Assembly (NCBI GenBank): GCA_050049355.1
Contig: JASFWK010000003.1
Coordinates: 1-55,933 of the forward strand
DNA length: 55,933 nt
Direction: 5' to 3'
Source: Anaerolineae bacterium
GTDB taxonomy: Bacteria; Chloroflexota; Anaerolineae; B4-G1; DUEL01
A model generated the notes under the pieces. It made no database searches. It was not told the origin of the DNA and saw only the letters and a list, made by a program, of their open reading frames with translations. Position 1 is the first letter of the stretch. The number at the start of each line of letters is the position of its first letter. The translations under genes and the position numbers were made by a program. Below, one piece after another: positions 1 to 8,955 of this stretch.

Positions 1-183
1 TCGAGATCAAGCCTCGGCGGTTCAAATCGCTGTTCTTGGTCTCGACGCTGTGCTGAGTGGCTCAGCGCAGCTGAGCGCATCGAAGCATACAGCCCCTTCA
101 GGCGCTACCCTTCGGCAGGCTCAGGCCGACGCTCGACCGGCGAACAGCTCGCCGTATATCAAAGTGTCCGGTGGCTAGATCGG

Positions 184-212
184 TTGACACACTTGTGACT
201 TCGCGGATAATA
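184..212 (+). promoter_or_regulatory. sigma70-type promoter candidate for the lipoprotein gene
   Basis: TTGACA at 184-189, then a 16-17 nt spacer, then GATAAT/ATAATA at 206-212. It lies about 60 nt upstream of the probable start at 272/278. Confidence 0.45.
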
Positions 213-271
213 CATGGTTGTTGGGATTCGAGACTTTTCGCCCAGGCTGGGATGATTGGGAAAGGGAGCAG

Positions 272-1552
272 ATGAGAATGATATCTCGTGCCTCAAGACG
301 GTTCGCGGCCGCGGCCCTGCTGGGCCTGGTTCTGATCGCGTTGCTGACCGCCTGTGGGGAGAAGCCTCTTCTCTCCGAGGTATCCTTCTCTGCGGCCCGC
401 ATTACTCCCAACGCAGACCGCGAAGGCGACATCCTCCGCATCCAGTACCGTCTCTCCCGTTCGGCAGAGCTTTCCATCTACCTGACGGATGAAGCGGGAG
501 ACCGCTACTTCTTCCGTGAAGGCGAGCCACGCGCCCCCTCCGCCGAGGAGCCCTACTCCGTCTACTTCGCTGGCGTAGTGGATGGTTACACCTTGCCCGA
601 AGATAACTTCCAGAGCTTCACCGTCACAAAGCGGGTGCTGCAGGACGGCGTCTATACCTGGGCCGTGGAGGCTACCGAGGAGTCAGGGTACACCGAGCGG
701 GTGACCGGGACTCTCACCGTGGATCAGGCCGATACTGCGCTGCCAGAGCTGCGCAACTTCACCGTCTCGCCGCCCGTCTTCACCCCTAACCGGGATGGCA
801 TCGGCGACCGAGCACGGATGAACCTGTGGCTGACCAAGGCGGTTGACTCTCTGAAGGTGTACTTGCTGGGGGATGCCGGCGTGCGCTACCATGTTGGAGA
901 GGATGAGCTCACGACGGCCCTTGAGGGAGAGCCCGGGCTGTACTCCTACGACTATGACGCGGGGGTAGACGACGGGGCAGAGCCGCCGCCAGATGGCACG
1001 TACATCGTTTGGGCGGAGGCGCAGGATGTTGTTGGTCAGCACACCGTCGCCACCGCCACTCTGACGCTGCGAGACGGCGGTGTCCCCAAGGCCTACATCT
1101 ACAACGGGGAGGTGACCTGGTCATCGGAGAGCGTCCTCTTGACCGAGACCCTATACTTCACACTGACGGTGGAAAACGACAGCGCCACGCCCATCCGCAC
1201 CAGCGGCCCTCCGCCGGGGACGGTCTACGAGAGCGATCAGAACTACGCCACGCTGGGCGAGACGATTCAGTCCGGCGTCTTCCGGGTTGGTATTCACTGT
1301 GAGAACGCCCTGATCAACTATCCGTGGCGCTGGGCGGTGGGAGATAGCAGCGAGTTGGTGGAGGATGAGGAAGGTCACCTCTACCTGCCACCCTTCACGC
1401 GCGCGGTGGTGACAGGCGGAGTCCGCTTCGTGGACGTAGTGGAGGCACGCAATCCCCAATACTGCTGGGCAGGCCTCATCCACGAGGACGTGGAGATCGC
1501 GATGGTGAACGACCGCGTACACCCGGTCTTCTTGTTCATCGAAGCCCCCTAG
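272..1552 (+). CDS. secreted lipoprotein with two FlgD-Ig-like domains (hypothetical)
   Basis: ORF 218..1552. The Met at 272 (or 278) gives a basic N-terminus, a hydrophobic core and the lipobox LIALLTAC. Two copies of the xTPNxDxxGD motif are present (ITPNADREGD, FTPNRDGIGD), typical of FlgD-Ig-like beta-sandwich domains. Confidence 0.7.
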   Translation: MRMISRASRRFAAAALLGLVLIALLTACGEKPLLSEVSFSAARITPNADREGDILRIQYRLSRSAELSIYLTDEAGDRYFFREGEPRAPSAEEPYSVYFAGVVDGYTLPEDNFQSFTVTKRVLQDGVYTWAVEATEESGYTERVTGTLTVDQADTALPELRNFTVSPPVFTPNRDGIGDRARMNLWLTKAVDSLKVYLLGDAGVRYHVGEDELTTALEGEPGLYSYDYDAGVDDGAEPPPDGTYIVWAEAQDVVGQHTVATATLTLRDGGVPKAYIYNGEVTWSSESVLLTETLYFTLTVENDSATPIRTSGPPPGTVYESDQNYATLGETIQSGVFRVGIHCENALINYPWRWAVGDSSELVEDEEGHLYLPPFTRAVVTGGVRFVDVVEARNPQYCWAGLIHEDVEIAMVNDRVHPVFLFIEAP

Positions 1553-1927
1553 GCCGTGTTGATGTCCTGACGAAATGTTGGGGCCATTCCAGAGAGTAGA
1601 GTCCCGCAGGAAGTGTGGGCCTATGGCAATCTCGTCCGGTTCTGCGCCGGGTGGCGTCAACGAGAGAAGCATCCGCTCATACCTATCCTCATGACAATCT
1701 TCTTGCCGAAGCCCGGTGGTCGTACGCGGGTGAGTTTCCTCTGTTCGAATGTTCGAACACTGCAGTAGTTGCCTCCGAGGTTCTTTGGTTCGGGTGGGAC
1801 ACCTCCTCTCCAGATCGAGTAGTTGGCAGGAACACGATTCATCATACGCCACAAACCGCAGCGGCCAAGATGAGTATCCGGTGACCCTCCGGTAGGGGCC
1901 CCAACTAGCTTCCGCCGTCGTCGACGG

Positions 1928-3160
1928 TCACATACTAGCAGCAGAGGGTTTGGGGCGCTCTGGCAGCGCCACCACCATCAGCACCGCCGCCGCTGCCGCC
2001 AGTACAGCGCCGAAGTAGAAGGGAGCCGCCGGCGAAATGTGGTGCCAAAGCAATCCTGCGATTAGCGATGCGGGGAAGTCCAGGATCCCGAGCACGGCAC
2101 TATAGGTGCCGTAGGCAGTGCCCCGCAGGTGGGCCGGCACGATATCGGCAATCATCGCCTTGGTCGTGCCGTGGGCAAGGCCATAGTAGCCACCGTACAG
2201 CCCGTACAGCGCCCAGACCTGCCAGCCAACCTGCGCCAGGGCCATCCCCAGGTAGATCGCGGCGTAGACCAACCATCCAAGCACAATGATCCGCCGCCGC
2301 CCGATGCGATCGGAGAGGGAACCAGCGGGAACAGAGACCAGGGCATAAATCGCATTGAAGGTGACCAGCATTCCCAGCACGCCGACCACCGTCAGTCCTC
2401 GCTCCTGACCGCGCAAATTCAAGAACGCATCAGAGGAGTTGCCCAGGTCGAACAGGCCCACGATGAGCATAAACAGAGCAAACCGCCGGCCCAGCCCATG
2501 GAACGAGACACGAGGCCGATCCTTGTCCGCCTTTGCAGGTACATCCCGCGCCCCCAGTGCCAGAGAGACGACGGCCAGGAAGGCCGGAACGAGGCTGATC
2601 AGAACCACCATCTGGAAGGTCGTCCGGCCGAGCTGAGCTGCTCCCCTCTGGGTGAGCCAGACCACTCCAAGAGCGACGAGCAGCCCGAGCATTGCGCCCC
2701 CTGTGTCGGCGGCGCGATGGAAGCCAAAGGCCAACCCACGCTGCTCCTCAGAGATCGCATCGGCAACGAGCGCATCTCGGGGTGAGGTGCGAATCCCCTT
2801 TCCTACCCGATCGGCCCAACGCACAAGTCCCACCGCTACCCACGAGTTGGCAAGATAGAAGAAGGGCTTGCTGAGGGCAGACAAAGCGTAGCCGGCTACA
2901 GCCAGCCACTTGCGGGCTCGCAGGCGATCCGAGAGCCAGCCGGAGAAGACCTTGAGCAGGCTCGCCGTCGCCTCGGCCACTCCCTCGATGAGGCCGATGA
3001 TGTTGGTCTTGATCCCCAACACGTTGGAGAGGAAGAGCGGGAGGATGTTGATCACCATCTCGCTGGAGATATCCATGAAGAAGCTGGTCAGGCTGACCGC
3101 CCAGACGTTGCGGGGGAGGGAGCGGATTGTGGAGTCAGTTCCTGGTTCAGATGAGGTCAT
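1928..3160 (-). CDS. MFS transporter
   Basis: Polytopic protein with MFS motif A in both halves (GWLSDRLRARK and GSLSDRIGRRR). I start it at the Met at 3160, preceded by CAGGAGGG. The 84-codon N-terminal extension of ORF 1928..3412 looks non-coding. Confidence 0.85.
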   Translation of the reverse strand: MTSSEPGTDSTIRSLPRNVWAVSLTSFFMDISSEMVINILPLFLSNVLGIKTNIIGLIEGVAEATASLLKVFSGWLSDRLRARKWLAVAGYALSALSKPFFYLANSWVAVGLVRWADRVGKGIRTSPRDALVADAISEEQRGLAFGFHRAADTGGAMLGLLVALGVVWLTQRGAAQLGRTTFQMVVLISLVPAFLAVVSLALGARDVPAKADKDRPRVSFHGLGRRFALFMLIVGLFDLGNSSDAFLNLRGQERGLTVVGVLGMLVTFNAIYALVSVPAGSLSDRIGRRRIIVLGWLVYAAIYLGMALAQVGWQVWALYGLYGGYYGLAHGTTKAMIADIVPAHLRGTAYGTYSAVLGILDFPASLIAGLLWHHISPAAPFYFGAVLAAAAAVLMVVALPERPKPSAASM

Positions 3161-3191
3161 CAAGTATGCCCTCCTGGCAAAGCTATGCCAA

Positions 3192-3268
3192 TGGAGAATC
3201 CACCACAAGGGCACAGGGCGGGAGAGGGGAGAAGGCTCTGTGTCCCGGCGGTGGAATTTTACTCTCCA
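3192..3268 (-). promoter_or_regulatory. long imperfect hairpin in the MFS 5' leader (also downstream of the receiver gene)
   Basis: Nested complementary arms on the minus strand: UGGAGA/UCUCCA, UCCACC/GGUGGA and GGGaCACAG/CUGUGCCC. A small UGGCA/UGCCA hairpin follows and abuts the SD AGGAGGG. Confidence 0.4.
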
Positions 3269-3443
3269 GGAACGGGAGGGCAAATCACTATCCAACGAGA
3301 ACCCAATAGAGGAGAGTTCAGAAGTATGACCTACGTGCGCTACACGCAGCGACGCTGCTGAGACCCTGGGGGCAGGTTCCCCTCCCTTGTCGGCCCAGCA
3401 AGAGTTAGCCAATTTTGAGCTGCCGGCGGAAGGGGTAGGGCAA

Positions 3444-3824
3444 TCACTGTCCGTCGACCACCCCGCCGGTGGCCAAGCGCTTCGCCAAATCGCGCAGCTG
3501 GCCGAAGTCTATCGGTTTGATGAGCGTCAGATCAGCACCTTCATACAGAGTCTCAGCCTCACGGGGGTCGGCCGTGACGATGATGACGCGAGTCTCCATC
3601 AGACGCTCCTCGGAGCGGATTTGACGCAAGATATCCGCGCCTGACACACGGGGCAGATGGAGATCCAGGATCACGATCTCGGGCGTCATCGAGGCCAGAC
3701 AGGCCAAGGCCTCATTGCCCCGCCGGGCAATCTCGGTCTCATAATCAGCCGCGTGTAACGCTTCAGCGAAGATGATCGCCAGGTCCCTGTCGTCTTCGAC
3801 GATAAGCGCGAGTCGCCTGCTCAT
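3444..3824 (-). CDS. single-domain response regulator (CheY-like receiver)
   Basis: IVEDD acidic pocket, phospho-acceptor context ILDLHLP, and K in LIKP. It is 126 aa with no output domain. Confidence 0.9.
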   Translation of the reverse strand: MSRRLALIVEDDRDLAIIFAEALHAADYETEIARRGNEALACLASMTPEIVILDLHLPRVSGADILRQIRSEERLMETRVIIVTADPREAETLYEGADLTLIKPIDFGQLRDLAKRLATGGVVDGQ

Positions 3825-4345
3825 AGCGCTCCCTCCCGAATCGGCCAGTGGCCCAAGATCACGGTGAATGCACTTCCCTGTCCAACCTCGCTGCCCGGCA
3901 GAATCTCACTGCTCACCAGTGGTAAGACACTCAAGACCAGTGAGCCCACAACCAGAACCCGCCAGTAGCGACATCTGCCGATGCAGAGCGGTGGATGGCG
4001 CGGCTCCCCACGAGCCATCGGCGTCCCGGTTATCCAGAACCCAGCAGAGAGCGCCATCGGCCAACTCGCTGCCAACGCTCGTGCAGACCATGATCATGTG
4101 TCCAATAGAATAATATGGCAATACGTGTGATTTGTCAAATCATAGCAACTCCAGCCCCCGCACACGACCCGGGAATCGTAGAAACTGTTGGACCGCCGGA
4201 TGGTGGCTATCAAGCCCGGACGGCCAGTGCGCGGATGGGGGAGGAACCGAAAATCGCCATCTAGAAGCGCCAGTGCCCCTCCGATGGTCCCTTGAGAGAT
4301 GAGAAAGGGAGACTGCATATCGCGCCGCTCGGAGGCTTCCGAATC
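3825..4345 (-). pseudogene. decayed histidine-kinase core (HisKA + HATPase_c remnants spread over three frames)
   Basis: The last 25 codons before the receiver start read SEILPGSEVGQGSAFTVIL (HK C-terminal signature) and overlap the receiver ATG as ATGA. A second frame upstream has G1-like VLDNRDADG and G2-like GSGCGLTGL. A third frame has SPFLISQGTIGGALALL (H-box flank-like, with His replaced) and an N-box-like SNSFY. Spacing is HK-like, but no single frame is open. Confidence 0.4.
4110..4138 (-). promoter_or_regulatory. near-consensus sigma70 promoter reading toward the orphan receiver
   Basis: Minus strand reads TTGACA (4138-4133), a 17 nt spacer, then TATTAT (4115-4110), inside a locally AT-rich patch. 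Confidence 0.55.
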
Positions 4346-4454
4346 TCCTGAGGAAAGGATACACTACCACTTGTGCTGCCGGACTGTTCAGCCCTGGCAT
4401 CTTGGAGTATACTTAGGGTGCCTCCCACCACGACCTTTCCATTAGGAGGGCAAT

Positions 4455-4832
4455 GTGATCAACCTACTGGTTCGCTGGGTAATCGTATCCCTGGCGCTCT
4501 TCGTCGCGGCTCGGCTGCTGCCGGGGTTTAAGGTCGAAGGAACGGCGTGGATCGCCTACGCCGTGATGGCCGCTATCTTGGGACTGGTGAACGCTCTGGT
4601 GCGGCCGATTCTCAAGATTCTCACCTGCCCCCTGATTGTCCTGACGATGGGCCTGTTCACCCTGGTTGTCAATGGATTGACCTTCCTACTGGCGGCCAGG
4701 TTGTCGAACGTGATTGCCAGAGGGCTGGCTCTGGACGTGGCCTTCAGCGTGAACGGGTTCGGATGGGCCTTTCTGGGCGCGCTCATCGTGAGCGTCGTTA
4801 CGGTTCTGGTCTCAGCGCTGGTGAGCGAATGA
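4455..4832 (+). CDS. phage-holin-family (superfamily IV / DUF360-like) 4-TM membrane protein
   Basis: GTG start preceded by AGGAGGG. The 125-aa sequence MINLLVRWVIVSLALFVAARLLPGF... is typical of this family. Confidence 0.8.
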   Translation: MINLLVRWVIVSLALFVAARLLPGFKVEGTAWIAYAVMAAILGLVNALVRPILKILTCPLIVLTMGLFTLVVNGLTFLLAARLSNVIARGLALDVAFSVNGFGWAFLGALIVSVVTVLVSALVSE

Positions 4833-5049
4833 GTTGAAAGGGAAACAGGCTACCACTGCAGCCTCAACTCCGAGCAATGAGGTCAGTGCGTCGCGGAACG
4901 TTATCACCCGGCTGGCGACCCTAGTGTATTAGTGGCGGATCTAGCAGTCCGCCACGAGCGTTTCGTGAGGCGCTGACGATGATCCTGGGAACATTTCCCT
5001 CAGTCCGCACTCGACGTGAAAGAAGAACACCAGACGAGGCATTAGACCG

Positions 5050-6399
5050 ATGGAGCAAATAGACATTGACGTCATCTTGGCCGAGGTTCGGGCCGCGCTG
5101 GCCGCTGGGGAGTGGGATCGGGCGATGGCGCTGGTAGAAGCCCTGCGCCCGCCCGATCAGGCTGATCTCTTCGGCGAACTGCCCCCAACCGAGCAGGACC
5201 AACTCCTTCCATACCTGGATCTGGAGCAATCCGCCGACATCCTGGAGGAACTGAAGGAGGAAGAAGCGGCAGAGGTCGCTGTGCGCCTGAATGCAGCAGA
5301 TCTGGCTCGTCTCCTGGACGAGATGGAGCCAGATGAGGCAGCTGACCTCCTGGGCGATATCCCGGCCGAGCAGGCGGCCCAAGCTCTGGCCGCGATGGCG
5401 GAAGCTGAGGAAGTCCGCCCACTACTGGTTCACCCTGATGAGAGCGCTGGCGGCCTTATGACCTCCGCCAGAATCACCCTCCACAGGGAGATGAGGGCCG
5501 AGGAGGCCATCGCCTATCTGCGGACTGTTGCGCCGGACTCCGAGACCTTCTACTATCTCTTCGCTGTGGATGAAGATGTCCGACTGGCCGGCGTCATCTC
5601 GCTGCGTCAACTGGTGGTCGCCCCCCCATCTGCACGTATCGAGGAAATCATGAACCCCGACGTCATCTCTGTTCAGGCCGAGGCCGACCAGGAGGAAGCA
5701 GCCCGCCTAATGTCTCGCTACGACCTGCTCGCCCTGCCTGTGGTAGACACGGAAGGGCATTTGCTGGGGGTCATCACCCACGACGACCTCGTGGAAGTGC
5801 TGGAGGAAGAGGCAACAGAGGACATCTACCGACTGGGCGGTGTGTTGCAGGAGCATCCACCAGACTTGCCGCTGCCCGCTGCGTTGCGTGCTCGGCTCCC
5901 CTGGCTGGTGCTCAACCTATGCATGGCGATGGCTTCCGCTGCCGTCCTCAGCCTGTTCGAAAGCACCATCGCTCAGGTCGCTCTCTTGGCTGCCTTCTTC
6001 CCGGTTGTAGCCGGTGTCAGCGGGAGCGCTGGTACTCAGACCCTGACCGTGATCGTACGCGGATTGGCACTCGGCGAAATCAGCCCCCAGGACGGAATGC
6101 GCGCTCTGGCCCGCGAGATCGCCATCGGCCTATCCAATGGCCTGGCTGTCGGCGGGCTCGTCGCAGTAATCGCGTTCTCATGGAAGGGAACGCCGATGCT
6201 GGGGGCAGTGGTGGGAGGCGCTACGCTCCTTAACATGATCGGTGCAGCCATAGCGGGCGTGTTGGTTCCGCTGGGTATGCAGATCCTGAACTTCGACCCC
6301 GCTCTGGCCTCTCCCATCCTGGTCACCACCGCCACCGACACGTTGGGCTACTTCATCTACCTGGGCCTGGCCACGCTGACCCTAGGAAGTTTGGTATGA
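5050..6399 (+). CDS. mgtE: magnesium transporter MgtE
   Basis: N-terminal MgtE-N acidic helical domain, tandem CBS domains, and a C-terminal 5-TM domain containing GSAGTQ and TDTLG motifs. Confidence 0.95.
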   Translation: MEQIDIDVILAEVRAALAAGEWDRAMALVEALRPPDQADLFGELPPTEQDQLLPYLDLEQSADILEELKEEEAAEVAVRLNAADLARLLDEMEPDEAADLLGDIPAEQAAQALAAMAEAEEVRPLLVHPDESAGGLMTSARITLHREMRAEEAIAYLRTVAPDSETFYYLFAVDEDVRLAGVISLRQLVVAPPSARIEEIMNPDVISVQAEADQEEAARLMSRYDLLALPVVDTEGHLLGVITHDDLVEVLEEEATEDIYRLGGVLQEHPPDLPLPAALRARLPWLVLNLCMAMASAAVLSLFESTIAQVALLAAFFPVVAGVSGSAGTQTLTVIVRGLALGEISPQDGMRALAREIAIGLSNGLAVGGLVAVIAFSWKGTPMLGAVVGGATLLNMIGAAIAGVLVPLGMQILNFDPALASPILVTTATDTLGYFIYLGLATLTLGSLV

Positions 6400-7535
6400 A
6401 CCGACTCCCGCGCCCCTCCGTCATCACCTCCCCCGGAGAACTGAAGACGCTGCTGGACGACCTGTCATCACAGCCCGCCGTCGCCGTGGACACGGAGTCT
6501 AATTCCCTCCATGCCTATCACGAGCGTGTCTGTCTGATCCAGTTCTCGACCGCCAATGGCGACTATATCGTGGATCCTCTGGCAAGCCTGGATATTTCAC
6601 CGCTCGGCGACCTGTTCGCCGACTCGACCATCCAGAAGGTATTTCACGCCGCCGAGCAAGACGTGGGCTGGCTCAAGCGGGACCTCGGTTGCTCGTTCGC
6701 CAGCCTCTTCGACACAATGTGGGCTGCTCGCATCTTGGGCTGGCCACGGGTGGGACTGGCAGACGTGCTGGAGGAGACCTTCGATGTGCACACAAAGAAG
6801 CGCTACCAGCGATACGATTGGGGAAGACGTCCACTGAAGCCCGAGGCGATATCCTACGCCCAGCTGGATACGCACTACCTGCTGCCGCTGCGGGACCTGC
6901 AGATGGAGGCACTGGAGCGAACGAAACGAATCGCGGAGGCCGGCAGGATCTTTTCCCAACTGGAACAGACGCCGCCGGCCGCACCGCCCTTCGGCCCAGA
7001 AGGCTTCTGGCGACTGAAGGAAGCCGACGACCTAAGAGACCGGGAGCGAGCAGTACTTTGGGAGCTGTACCTCTGGCGGGATCAGGTGGCAAGAGAATGG
7101 AATCGTCCACCCTTCAGGGTGATAAGCAGGCGGACGCTGGTGGCATTAGCCCGCGCCCGACCGCGACGAATGGAGGATCTCAGACGGGTGCGCGGCGTGA
7201 AGAGACACCACGTGCGGCGCTACGGCCGAGCCATTCTGGAAGCCGTGTCCCGTGGGAATCGCGGCCCTATCCCCAAACTCCCGCCGTGTCAAAGCCGTGA
7301 GAAAGCGGTGCGGGAGCGCTATCGGGCGCTGCGTGCTTGGCGACGGGGCGTCTCGGAAGGGCGGGGTAGGGAACCCGAAACGATCCTTTCTAACGCCACT
7401 CTTTGGGCGTTGGCGGAGCGCAATCCTGCCGACATGGACGAACTGAAGGACATGGAAGAGCTCAAGGCCTCGAAACTGAGGCCCTACGGCCCCGACATCC
7501 TGCACGTCTTGCGAGACGGCCAATCAGCCAGCTAA
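6396..7535 (+). CDS. rnd: ribonuclease D (DEDD 3'-5' exonuclease + HRDC)
   Basis: Motifs VDTESNSLHAY and HAAEQD are present along with an HRDC-like C-terminus. ATGA overlap with mgtE. Confidence 0.9.
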   Translation: MNRLPRPSVITSPGELKTLLDDLSSQPAVAVDTESNSLHAYHERVCLIQFSTANGDYIVDPLASLDISPLGDLFADSTIQKVFHAAEQDVGWLKRDLGCSFASLFDTMWAARILGWPRVGLADVLEETFDVHTKKRYQRYDWGRRPLKPEAISYAQLDTHYLLPLRDLQMEALERTKRIAEAGRIFSQLEQTPPAAPPFGPEGFWRLKEADDLRDRERAVLWELYLWRDQVAREWNRPPFRVISRRTLVALARARPRRMEDLRRVRGVKRHHVRRYGRAILEAVSRGNRGPIPKLPPCQSREKAVRERYRALRAWRRGVSEGRGREPETILSNATLWALAERNPADMDELKDMEELKASKLRPYGPDILHVLRDGQSAS

Positions 7536-7541
7536 TCAGCT

Positions 7542-8942
7542 ATGGAGATCCAGTTCCACGGTGCAGCGGAGACCGTCACCGGTTCTCAACACCTCATCTC
7601 AGCCAACGGCACCCAGATTCTCCTGGAATGTGGACTCTTCCAGGGAAGACGTCAGGAGAGCTACAAGCGCAACCGCAACCTCCCCTTCGAAGCGGGGGAG
7701 GTGGACGCGGTGATTCTCTCCCATGCTCACATCGACCACTCCGGCAACATCCCCAACCTGGTCCGCAGCGGATTCCGCGGCCCCATCTACTGCACGTTCG
7801 CCACCCGCGACCTCTGCTCAGCGATGCTGCGGGACTCCGCGTACATTCTGGAACAGGACGTCGCATACGTCAACAAGAAGCGAAGAAGACGAGGAGAGCC
7901 ACCCGTTGAGCCGATCTACACCCACGCCGACGCTGTCGCCAGCCTAGAGCAATTCGTCAGCGTGGGGCATAATCGTCCCATACAAGTGGCACCTGGTATC
8001 AACTGCACCTTCTTGGACGCAGGTCACATACTGGGCTCGGCTATCGTTCTGCTGGAGATAGAGGAGCGCGGGAAGCACACTCGTCTGCTCTTCACCGGCG
8101 ACCTGGGCCGACGTGACCTGCTGATCCTGCGCGATCCTGCGCCAGCTCCCGAGGCGGACGTGCTGATCACAGAGTCCACTTACGGGGACCGGCTGCATCC
8201 TGCCCCCCCGGAGGCTGAAGCCGATCTGCGGGACCTGGTGGCCGAGACGTGCTCAGTGGGCGGCAAGGTAGTCATCCCCGCCTTTGCCGTAGGGCGGACG
8301 CAGGAGATCGTCTACAGCCTCCATCGGCTGAGCCTGAGCAAAGAGATTCCCGATGTCCCGATCTTTGTGGACAGCCCCTTGGCGGTGGATGTGACTGAGG
8401 TGTTCCGGCTTCATCCGGAGTGCTACGATCAGGAGCTGCGGGATTTCATTGCTCAGGATCGTCATCCTGATCCCTTCGGCTTTGACCGACTGCGATATAT
8501 CCGCAACACCGAGGACTCGAAGGCGCTCAATGATTTGAAAGGACCAGCGGTGATTATCAGCGCTTCCGGGATGTGCGAAGCTGGCCGCATACTCCACCAT
8601 CTCAAACACACCATCTGGAGCCCGCGCAACGCCGTCCTCATTGTTAGTTGGCAAGCCCCTCACACCCTCGGACGGCGGCTGGTGGAGAGGCGTGAGAAAG
8701 TACGCATATTCGGCGAGGAACATCCGCTGCGGGCACGGGTGGAGGTCATCAATGGCTACAGCGCCCATGCTGACCGGGATGCACTCCTGAACTGGACACG
8801 CCCCATCCTGCCCCGGCTGCGGCAGATCTTCGTCGTTCACGGCGATCCGGAGCCGGCCTCCGCCCTGGCCAGGGGTCTGCGGAAGATGGGAGCGCGTCGG
8901 GTGGAAGTGCCAAAGCGAGGGTCAAAGTACAAGCTTATGTAA
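7542..8942 (+). CDS. MBL-fold beta-CASP ribonuclease-type hydrolase
   Basis: The HAHIDHSG metallo-beta-lactamase motif is followed by beta-CASP and RMMBL-like regions (ISASGM, GYSAHAD). Confidence 0.9.
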   Translation: MEIQFHGAAETVTGSQHLISANGTQILLECGLFQGRRQESYKRNRNLPFEAGEVDAVILSHAHIDHSGNIPNLVRSGFRGPIYCTFATRDLCSAMLRDSAYILEQDVAYVNKKRRRRGEPPVEPIYTHADAVASLEQFVSVGHNRPIQVAPGINCTFLDAGHILGSAIVLLEIEERGKHTRLLFTGDLGRRDLLILRDPAPAPEADVLITESTYGDRLHPAPPEAEADLRDLVAETCSVGGKVVIPAFAVGRTQEIVYSLHRLSLSKEIPDVPIFVDSPLAVDVTEVFRLHPECYDQELRDFIAQDRHPDPFGFDRLRYIRNTEDSKALNDLKGPAVIISASGMCEAGRILHHLKHTIWSPRNAVLIVSWQAPHTLGRRLVERREKVRIFGEEHPLRARVEVINGYSAHADRDALLNWTRPILPRLRQIFVVHGDPEPASALARGLRKMGARRVEVPKRGSKYKLM

Positions 8943-8955
8943 GGAGAAGCAACAC

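Noticed and set aside
16-45. GGTTCAAATC at the window start looks like a tRNA T-loop.
   Set aside because: The flanking 5-mers (GGCGG / CGCTG) cannot form a T-stem, and there is no acceptor or CCA context. It is not a tRNA; the window edge prevents further interpretation.
52-78. GCTGAG-tgg-CTCAGC-gca-GCTGAG: three arms able to form two mutually exclusive hairpins (attenuator-like). A related palindrome CTGAGCGCTCAG occurs near 47482-47493.
   Set aside because: The stems are only 6 bp, there is no U-tract or leader peptide, and the upstream context lies outside the window. Evidence is insufficient for any call.
4350-4357. GAGGAAAG resembles the RNase P RNA P4 strand (GAGGAAAGUCC), inside the unassigned 4139-4454 region.
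   Set aside because: The rest of the P4/P15/J-region consensus is absent on either strand. The region is better explained as kinase-gene debris plus a divergent promoter spacer.
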